The notes below the pieces were generated by a model, which saw only the letters and a program-made list of their open reading frames with translations, did no database searches and was not told the DNA's origin. From an uncultured Christensenella sp. (GTDB lineage: Bacteria > Bacillota > Clostridia > Christensenellales > CAG-138), in assembly GCA_964509485.1 (NCBI GenBank), contig CAZDXW010000001.1:1-49096 (forward strand): a stretch of 49,096 bases of DNA, in the 5' to 3' direction. Below are positions 36,386 to 43,016 of the stretch, one piece after another (position 1 is the first letter of the stretch; each line of letters begins with the position of its first letter). Position numbers and translations under genes: made by a program.

Positions 36386-36414
36386 TTCCCTTCCCTCCCG
36401 ACTTCATTATTTGG

Positions 36415-37752
36415 TTACTTGCGTTTCCTGAGCAGGATCACGACCAGGAGGATCGCAACCACGCCGAGCAGCGCATAGGGCAGGATGTTGAGCAGCACGC
36501 CCGTCGGCGTCACAGACTCCTTGTTGTTCGTGAAGTTCTGCTCGTTGACCGCACCCGCGCCCGTGAAGATTGTCTGCTGGTTGGTCGTTTTATTGGTCGT
36601 TACCGCCGTCTTAACCGTCGTCAGCACCGCCGGGGTAGCCGTATTGCCGTGTTCAACGGTGATCGTCGTGCGGTAATCCGCCGTTCCGCTCTCTGTCGTC
36701 GTCACGCGCTCGCCCGACGGCAGGCCGATGATCTGGATGTACTGGCTGTGCGTCAGCGTGAACGTTCCGGAGTTCGAAATGGTTCCGGTTCCGCCCGCCA
36801 CCGCGGTGTCCGCCGCCGTGCCCGTTCCGCCGATTGCGTTGTCGCTGCCCATCTCATACTTCTGATAGGTATAGCTTGCCGTGTCGGCGGCTCCCGCCGG
36901 CGTGACCAGTCCAAGCGTAAACGAGAATGCCAGGTTCGGGTCCGCGATGTCACCGGTGACCAGTTTCGTAACCGTCAGGGCTGCCGTGTTGTAGTCGTTG
37001 ACAAACGGGTAGCTGATGTTGCGAACGGCTCCGTCCGTAGCCGGAGGCAGCACGATGCCGATTTTACCGACGTCCTCTTCGCCCGGGTTGTTCGTGATCG
37101 GTCCCAGATTGCCGTTGTCCGGCCCGGTCAGGGTCAGGTTGCTGGTGTTGGTGGTTTCCCACGCCGTAATCGCGCTGACGTTTACCACCGGGTTGCCGCT
37201 CGCATCCAGTAAGGGCGTGCCGTCGTCATTCAACACGTTGGTGACGTAAACGTTGATGTAGTAGACCGTTTCGTCATAGTCCACACCGGAGATCGGGGAT
37301 CCCGGAACGGTACCCAGCGTATCGGTCGTGCCGGGGATGCGCTCGGTGAGCCGATAGGTGTAAATACCCGCTTGCGTATAGGTGATGTTCCCCGTCGTGG
37401 TGGTCTGCGTCTGCGTCGTGCCCGTTGCCGTCGCCGAGAAACCGCTCACAGTGATGAGCTGCGCACCGGTCGTTCCGCCCGGCATTGGCAGGTTCGCCGC
37501 GGTATACGCAATCGACCCTGCGCTCGTTGGCCCCGCCGTATAGCCCACCGGCTCCAGCAAAAAGCCAAAGCTCGTGACCGCCGGAAAGACCCCTGCCGTC
37601 GTCGCCGTCAGCGTCTTGCCAACGGTGATGTTTGCGCTGTTGTTGTGGCTCGCCGGATCATCCGCCATGGATGTGGTGAACGGTGCCATCACCAGTGCCA
37701 GAGCGAGCAGCATCATCAGCGCTCTTCCAAGTTTTCCGTAGTTGCGTTTCAT
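36415..37752 (-). CDS. Backbone pilin candidate, two-domain FctA/Spy0128-like, VTPTG sorting signal
   Basis: Signal peptide. Domain 1 reads 'ITVGKTL...GIYTYRLTE...YDETVYYINVYV...YPFVNDY'. Domain 2 reads 'LTVTKLVTGD...FSFTL...QNFTNNK'. The C-terminus is 'VTPTG-VLLNILPYALLGVVAILLVVILL-RKRK'. Its position relative to the SipA-like gene and the sortase mirrors fctA. Confidence 0.8.
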   Translation of the reverse strand: MKRNYGKLGRALMMLLALALVMAPFTTSMADDPASHNNSANITVGKTLTATTAGVFPAVTSFGFLLEPVGYTAGPTSAGSIAYTAANLPMPGGTTGAQLITVSGFSATATGTTQTQTTTTGNITYTQAGIYTYRLTERIPGTTDTLGTVPGSPISGVDYDETVYYINVYVTNVLNDDGTPLLDASGNPVVNVSAITAWETTNTSNLTLTGPDNGNLGPITNNPGEEDVGKIGIVLPPATDGAVRNISYPFVNDYNTAALTVTKLVTGDIADPNLAFSFTLGLVTPAGAADTASYTYQKYEMGSDNAIGGTGTAADTAVAGGTGTISNSGTFTLTHSQYIQIIGLPSGERVTTTESGTADYRTTITVEHGNTATPAVLTTVKTAVTTNKTTNQQTIFTGAGAVNEQNFTNNKESVTPTGVLLNILPYALLGVVAILLVVILLRKRK

Positions 37753-37849
37753 TGATTACCTCCATTTGTATTTTGTTTGTTTTTGTTATTGATAAAGCAG
37801 TCCTCAGCTTGCTTTTATAACCGTTGATCCAACCCGCGCCTGCGTTTGT

Positions 37850-38428
37850 TTATAGCCCGCGGTTTCGCAGCAGTGAAATCACTTTCCCTTTGATATCCCC
37901 TTTCGCAACCGGGCCAAAATCCCGGCTGTCCTGCGCGTACTCGCGGTTGTCCCCGAGGATGAACACCTCGTTTCCCGCGAGTGTAACCGGTAGAACGGTT
38001 GCCCGCCCTTCGGCGCTTGTCGCGGAAAACACCTCTTCCTGCTGAACGCTGCCGTTGACAATCAGCTGTCCATCCGCGTTGAGATCCACCGTGTCTCCGC
38101 CCATTGCGACAATGCGCCCGTAATACAGAACTCCGTTCTTTGCGTAGGCAACAACGTCGCTGACGTTTTGCTCCGCTTCCAGCCGGTAAAAAATCACCAT
38201 GTCTCCGTCCCGCAGGCGAGGATACATTCCCTCGCCGTTTACAATTCCGACTCCAAAGAGGAAGGAGAGCGCCAGATATCCGCATATCGCAATTGCGGCA
38301 ATCTTCTCCGCCAGTGCCCATGCACTGTGCCGGATCTCCAACCTTCGCCTGCGCGTCTGGAAAATCTGTACAACGCGTTCTTTATCGTCGACCTTGTGTT
38401 TCCCGCTCATTCTACTCGTTTGTTCCAT
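37850..38428 (-). CDS. SipA/LepA-like signal-peptidase-I homologue lacking the catalytic Ser and Lys (pilus assembly chaperone candidate)
   Basis: It has the S26 fold boxes, but box B reads 'GEGMYPRL' (Gly where Ser is expected). Box D reads 'YGRIVAMGGD' (Gly where Lys is expected). Box E 'GDNREYAQDSRDFGPV' is retained. Start taken at ATG 38428 (MEQTSRM). The alternative at 38461 overlaps the upstream gene by 32 nt. Confidence 0.8.
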   Translation of the reverse strand: MEQTSRMSGKHKVDDKERVVQIFQTRRRRLEIRHSAWALAEKIAAIAICGYLALSFLFGVGIVNGEGMYPRLRDGDMVIFYRLEAEQNVSDVVAYAKNGVLYYGRIVAMGGDTVDLNADGQLIVNGSVQQEEVFSATSAEGRATVLPVTLAGNEVFILGDNREYAQDSRDFGPVAKGDIKGKVISLLRNRGL

Positions 38429-38429
38429 C

Positions 38430-38897
38430 TCACTTGCCCGAGGCGCTCTTTCCTCCGCCATACAGCTTCAAGATTTGGTTGGCCGAGAATGCCTGCGCGG
38501 AAGCGGTCTCATCTTCGCGGCTCTGCCCAAACTGTCGCTGTTTCTGCTTTCGCGTTTGCGTCTCACTCGGAACAAGCGCCGCCGTCTGCTCTTGCCGCTC
38601 CTGAACTCTCATTGGTTCCTTCTGCATGGCCTCTTTCAGCTGATTCCACTCGTCCCGCATCCGCTTCACTTCCTCGTCGTTCTCGCGGATCATGTCCTGC
38701 AGCTGCAACGCGTAGTTGCGCCATTCGCCAACCGCCCCCTGCGAGTTTTGGTGCTGAACATCCAGCAGCTCGTCGTATTCCCCATGCAGTTTCTCGAATA
38801 CCCGCCAGACGTCCTCTTCGTCCACTCCGCCGATGATCCGATTCCGAAATTTTACGGAGTTCAAGTATCTCTCCAGTTGTTTGTAACTCTTTGCCAT
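38430..38897 (-). CDS. Coiled-coil protein with a DivIVA-like N-terminal motif
   Basis: 155 aa with no signal peptide. 'VKFRNRIIGGVDEEDVWRVFEKL' resembles the DivIVA/GpsB N-terminal 'F..GFRGYD..EVD.FL' motif. Heptad-rich Glu/Gln/Arg sequence follows. Confidence 0.55.
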   Translation of the reverse strand: MAKSYKQLERYLNSVKFRNRIIGGVDEEDVWRVFEKLHGEYDELLDVQHQNSQGAVGEWRNYALQLQDMIRENDEEVKRMRDEWNQLKEAMQKEPMRVQERQEQTAALVPSETQTRKQKQRQFGQSREDETASAQAFSANQILKLYGGGKSASGK

Positions 38898-38920
38898 TCC
38901 AATTCATCCCAATTCCTATT

Positions 38921-41900
38921 TCAGATTCTCTTCGCGTTTCGTTGCCTGCTTTGCTTTTTACGGTGCGCCAGAGAGAGCGACAACGTCAGCACTCCGCCGG
39001 CCAGAAGGATCATCAGAGCATATGGATAGATGTGCAGCAGAATCCCCGTTGGTACGGTGCCAATCAACGTGTTTGTAAACAGCAGATTGACGTCGCCTAG
39101 AACGGTGCTTCCCGCTCCGGCATTGCCAACTGCGGTAAAGCTGCCACCATTCGTCTCCGTGATCTCCAGTTGATACCCACTGAAGATCAGGATTTCGGAG
39201 ATCACATAGGAGGATCCAACCGGAACTTTGTCGATCGTGATGCTTTGTCCGTGCTTGAGCGGAATGATCGCAAACCCGCTCAGGATCGTTCCGTCCGCCG
39301 GAGCTTCCACGCCTGCAATGGTGGATGCGCCGGTGTAGGCCAGCGACGCTCCTGCGTCGTTGAGCACGATTCGGAAGTTGAACTCCTCCTTCGGATCGGC
39401 CAGATTGCCCTTCACGATCTTGGAGATCGTGATCGACTTGGTGCCGACGCGATGGTATGTTTCGTTTGTCAAAAGCGAATCCGTTCCCGTCGTCACGTTC
39501 GCGCTGTTCACATAGAATGTTTCGAGTGCCCCCGCGGTCACCATCTCAATGGTCACCTGAAACGCAAACTGGTGCTGCTCGCTGGTTACGGGAGCGTCCT
39601 CCCAGAAGACCGTGGTGACGCCGGTCGCCGTATCCGTTGACCAGGTCATTCCCGGCGTATAGGTTCCGCTGTCCTTGACCAGCGTTAACCCCGCCGGAAG
39701 TACATCCGTAATATCAACCGTTCCAATGTTCGCAAGCGCATAGGCGTCATTCCAATCGAGGTCGATTGAATAGGTAATCGTGTCGTTGATTGCCGCTTCC
39801 ACCGGTGCTGTTGGCGTTCCGTTGTTGATACTCCCCGCGTTTAGCCTTGCGTTTTTACTCGCTGACAACAGCACACCGTATCCGAAGTCCATGTTATCGA
39901 CGGACGCGGTTATCCCTGTCAAGGTTACGCCGCTCACGATGGCCCGGGTCCCCGTCTCTTCCGCGTCGTTATCGGTAGAGGCCGTCTTCAGCGTTATCTG
40001 CAATCCGTCCGGCGTGGTCATCACGATTTGGTAAGACCCCTGCGGGATTCCGTTCAGGTTGTATTCGCCGGCCGCATTGGTCGCCGCAATGAGAGGCGAA
40101 CCGTAGATTCCGTTGACCGGCGTCGTATACGTGGTATCCCCGGCGGCATAGAGTCCAACCGTCATGCCGGGAAGCCTGCTCTCGGCGGCGTCGATCATGC
40201 CGTTCCAGTTCGTATCCGCCCAAACCCGCCCGTTGACCGAACGAATGATGGCAAAGCCGATGTCCTGGTTGTTTACTGCCGTCGCCGTCGTGAGATCAAT
40301 CCCGCTGATCACGGCGTTTGCGCTCTCTGCCAATGCGTCGTTGTCGGTCGAAACCGTCTTTAACGTTACAATATGATTGTCCGGCGTGAGCGCAACCACT
40401 TTGTACGTGCCATATGGAATCTGAGCGAAGCTGTACGCGCCGTTTGCATCCGTCGTGGTTGTCAGCGGTGTACCGTTCAGGTTGTTCGCAGGCGTTGTAT
40501 AGGTTGTGCTCGTGCTTGGATACACGCCGACCGTAAGCCCGGATACGCGGGGTTCGCCGGTTTCCAGCATGCCGTCCCAATCGATATCCGTCCAGACGGT
40601 ACCGCTGATCGAGTGGCTGATCGTAAAGCCGAAATCTTTATGCACATAGGACGTCGCAGTCGTTAAATCAATGGAGTTGATAACAGCCCGTGTGCCGGAC
40701 GGTACGGCGTCGTTGTCATTCGCCAGCACCGTGACGACGTATCCGTTTGGTGTTGTCGTAACCACTTTGTATGTACCATACGGAATGGAGGATAATGTGT
40801 ATCCACCCGTCGAAGTGGTTGTTGTCGTCAGCGCGACCCCATATATATTGGTAACCGGGGTTGTATAGGTCGTATCCGTGCTGGCGTACAGACCCACCGT
40901 TAAGCCGGAGAGCAGCGTCTCGCCGCCTGTTCCGCTCATGCCGTCCATGGTTCCGTTTGCGTTAGCATCCAGCCAGGCGTTGCCGGTTACTCTTCGATCC
41001 GGCGCAAAGCCGAAGTCCATGTTACTAGCAGACGTTGCAGTGGTCAGCCCAACGTTGCTAATCAAAGCCCGTGTACCGGAGGGACTTGCATCATTATCAT
41101 TCGCCAATCTTGTTACGATATACCCGCTTGGCGTCGTAATTACGACCTTATAGGTTCCGTAAGGGATCAGCGAGAAGCTGTAGGTTCCGGTCGCACTCGT
41201 TGTCGTCGTCAACGATTGGCCATATAGATTCGTCAGAGGAGTGGAATAGGTGTTATCCGTATTTGCGTAGATTCCAACCGTCAAACCAGAGATTCTGCTC
41301 TCTCCTGTGTCGATTGTGCCGTCCGTGTCCGTGTCATACCAGACGCGGCCGGCAATCGTGCGATTTGAAGTAAGCCCGAAATCGATGTTTGTCACAGCCG
41401 GAGTTGTGGTCGAAACCGAAACATTTCCCGTCCGCGCAATCGTCTGTGGGGAAAGCATGGTCGGCGACGCATCGTTGTCATTCACCAACCGAGTCATCAC
41501 ATAACCGCCCGGTATGGAAATCTGAAGGATATATACGGTAGCATCAATAGACGAGAACGAATAATCGCCAGATGCATTTGTAACCGCAGTTGCGATTGGG
41601 TTGGTAAAGAAATAGTCGTCGTTCCGGTAGGCTGTTACCGTGATTCCGGGCATTCTGGTTTCGCTGGTGTCGATTGTTCCGTCGGAATCCGCATCGTTCC
41701 AGATTCTGCCGCTGATCGATCCACCGACAATCGTAAAGCGGTTCACATAGGACGTTTCGTCCCCCGAATTAACCGTCCGCCCGGTCACGCTGGAGTAGCT
41801 CGTGAAATCGCTTGCATTGTATCCTTCGTAGTTGCGGTCGTTATAGGTAACGCTCGCCTGATTCTTTACGACCATTCCAACGGGACCCGTTACGCGAGCC

Positions 41901-43000
41901 TGATACGAAATGGTGTGGGTCATACCTTCGCCGTAAGCAAGGTTAATGCCAATGGTGTTTCGGGAGCCCCACGTCACGCCGCCGTTCGTATTGGACGTGC
42001 CCGCGGTTGCCCCGTCGCCAAAGTTGACGCGTAGTTCGTCCGTCGTGCTGTTAAACGTCGCAAGGCTTCCCGCTTGATAACCGTCAATCGTTACGCTGCC
42101 GGAGACGAAGTCGAGTCCGTCGCTCAGGATGTCCCGAAACACACAGCGGGATGCATCGGACTCACCCCAGTTCGTAATGTTGACTGTGACGGTAACAACC
42201 TGGCCTCGCCATGCGGTTGTGCTGCCAGACTGCAGCGTTGTGATGCTTTTTTTTGCAATCAGTTTAGAGCCGGTCTGAAACGCAACGTCGTCTAGGAAGT
42301 TACCGTTCTGTACGTTTCCAGTCCAGGAAGAAACGGCTGCAAAGTCAAATTCTGTACTGGTTTGGCCTGCTGGCACTGTATATGCGCCGCGGTAGTAGTA
42401 CCATTGGGTTCCGTTGTTGTTTGCCGTTTGGATTAGCTGCGAACCGGAAGGCGCGGTCGTTGGTGAACCGGAAGGCCGCAGATAGAAGTTCATTTGATCG
42501 TATTTTGTCGAACTGTTCCCAATCGCCCGATGGGCGAACTGCCAATATACTCTGGAACTAGGTGTAGTAGAAACAACCTGATACAAACGCCCTGGAAAGA
42601 GGCAATTCAGCTCAGCATACTGATTTCCATCCGCCTGCGTTGTAGCGAAGGTATATGGAACACCGGAATTCCCAGTCGGATCGACAACTTGCAACTCGAT
42701 TAAGTAAGCATTTGGATTCGTACCATAAGCCGCATAGTCGACAGGGCAGGTTGACCAGCTCGCCATTTGAGCAATCGTATAGCCGTCAAATCGAGCGCCG
42801 TCACTGGCACGAACGCGGGTAACCGTTGGAGATTGGAAACTACCGTTAAGAAAATTAATCGGCAGCGGCTTCGTTTCGTTGGGCACATAGTAAACCTGTG
42901 TCCCGGCCTGTGCCGACTTCACAGGGAGCAACAATGCCAACGCTCCAATCACCAAGGCGACACCAATAAAAGACAGAGCTCTATTCTTACGTTTCTTCAT
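38921..43000 (-). CDS. Large sortase-anchored tip-adhesin candidate (1359 aa)
   Basis: Start at ATG 43000 (MKKRKNRALSFIGVALVIGALALLLPVKSAQA). The inferred architecture, N- to C-terminal, is as follows. First an N-terminal jelly-roll/lectin-like domain (NGSFQSP...GNFLDDVAF). Then a DUF11-like domain and five SdrD-B/CnaB-like repeats. Then a second DUF11-like domain and a SpaA/FctA-type isopeptide domain (ITISKIVKGN...FNFRIVL...LLFTNT). The sorting signal is 'TVPTG-ILLHIYPYALMILLAGGVL-...HRKK'. Confidence 0.85.
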   Translation of the reverse strand: MKKRKNRALSFIGVALVIGALALLLPVKSAQAGTQVYYVPNETKPLPINFLNGSFQSPTVTRVRASDGARFDGYTIAQMASWSTCPVDYAAYGTNPNAYLIELQVVDPTGNSGVPYTFATTQADGNQYAELNCLFPGRLYQVVSTTPSSRVYWQFAHRAIGNSSTKYDQMNFYLRPSGSPTTAPSGSQLIQTANNNGTQWYYYRGAYTVPAGQTSTEFDFAAVSSWTGNVQNGNFLDDVAFQTGSKLIAKKSITTLQSGSTTAWRGQVVTVTVNITNWGESDASRCVFRDILSDGLDFVSGSVTIDGYQAGSLATFNSTTDELRVNFGDGATAGTSNTNGGVTWGSRNTIGINLAYGEGMTHTISYQARVTGPVGMVVKNQASVTYNDRNYEGYNASDFTSYSSVTGRTVNSGDETSYVNRFTIVGGSISGRIWNDADSDGTIDTSETRMPGITVTAYRNDDYFFTNPIATAVTNASGDYSFSSIDATVYILQISIPGGYVMTRLVNDNDASPTMLSPQTIARTGNVSVSTTTPAVTNIDFGLTSNRTIAGRVWYDTDTDGTIDTGESRISGLTVGIYANTDNTYSTPLTNLYGQSLTTTTSATGTYSFSLIPYGTYKVVITTPSGYIVTRLANDNDASPSGTRALISNVGLTTATSASNMDFGFAPDRRVTGNAWLDANANGTMDGMSGTGGETLLSGLTVGLYASTDTTYTTPVTNIYGVALTTTTTSTGGYTLSSIPYGTYKVVTTTPNGYVVTVLANDNDAVPSGTRAVINSIDLTTATSYVHKDFGFTISHSISGTVWTDIDWDGMLETGEPRVSGLTVGVYPSTSTTYTTPANNLNGTPLTTTTDANGAYSFAQIPYGTYKVVALTPDNHIVTLKTVSTDNDALAESANAVISGIDLTTATAVNNQDIGFAIIRSVNGRVWADTNWNGMIDAAESRLPGMTVGLYAAGDTTYTTPVNGIYGSPLIAATNAAGEYNLNGIPQGSYQIVMTTPDGLQITLKTASTDNDAEETGTRAIVSGVTLTGITASVDNMDFGYGVLLSASKNARLNAGSINNGTPTAPVEAAINDTITYSIDLDWNDAYALANIGTVDITDVLPAGLTLVKDSGTYTPGMTWSTDTATGVTTVFWEDAPVTSEQHQFAFQVTIEMVTAGALETFYVNSANVTTGTDSLLTNETYHRVGTKSITISKIVKGNLADPKEEFNFRIVLNDAGASLAYTGASTIAGVEAPADGTILSGFAIIPLKHGQSITIDKVPVGSSYVISEILIFSGYQLEITETNGGSFTAVGNAGAGSTVLGDVNLLFTNTLIGTVPTGILLHIYPYALMILLAGGVLTLSLSLAHRKKQSRQRNAKRI
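39878..41719 (-). repeat. Five tandem repeats of about 120 codons each (SdrD B-repeat / CnaB-like) inside the adhesin gene
   Basis: Each unit starts with the (I/V)xG(R/T/N)(I/V/A)W.D...(D/N)G pattern: ISGRIWNDADSDGTID, IAGRVWYDTDTDGTID, VTGNAWLDANANGTMD, ISGTVWTDIDWDGMLE, VNGRVWADTNWNGMID. Each ends in (D/M)(F/I)GF. Units 2-4 share IPYGTYKVV. Confidence 0.85.
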
Positions 43001-43016
43001 ACATCCGTTCCTTACC

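Noticed and set aside
34641-36407. A 588-aa ORF in the track spanning the small pilin gene and the upstream sortase region.
   Set aside because: Its N-terminal 257 residues or so are Arg/Gly-rich nonsense read in an alternative frame across the genuine SrtB gene (35636-36385). The real pilin starts at ATG 35636 with a signal peptide, overlapping the sortase stop.
37753-37849. A short hairpin (AAGCA...TGCTT) between the SipA-like and backbone-pilin genes, considered as a possible attenuator.
   Set aside because: The stem is only 5-6 bp with no convincing U-tract. It is too weak to call.
39878-41719. Periodic repeats of about 370 nt that could be mistaken for a repeat array or CRISPR-like structure.
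   Set aside because: They are in-frame, divergent protein-coding repeats (SdrD-B/CnaB units) inside one long ORF. There are no short identical direct repeats separated by unique spacers anywhere in the window.
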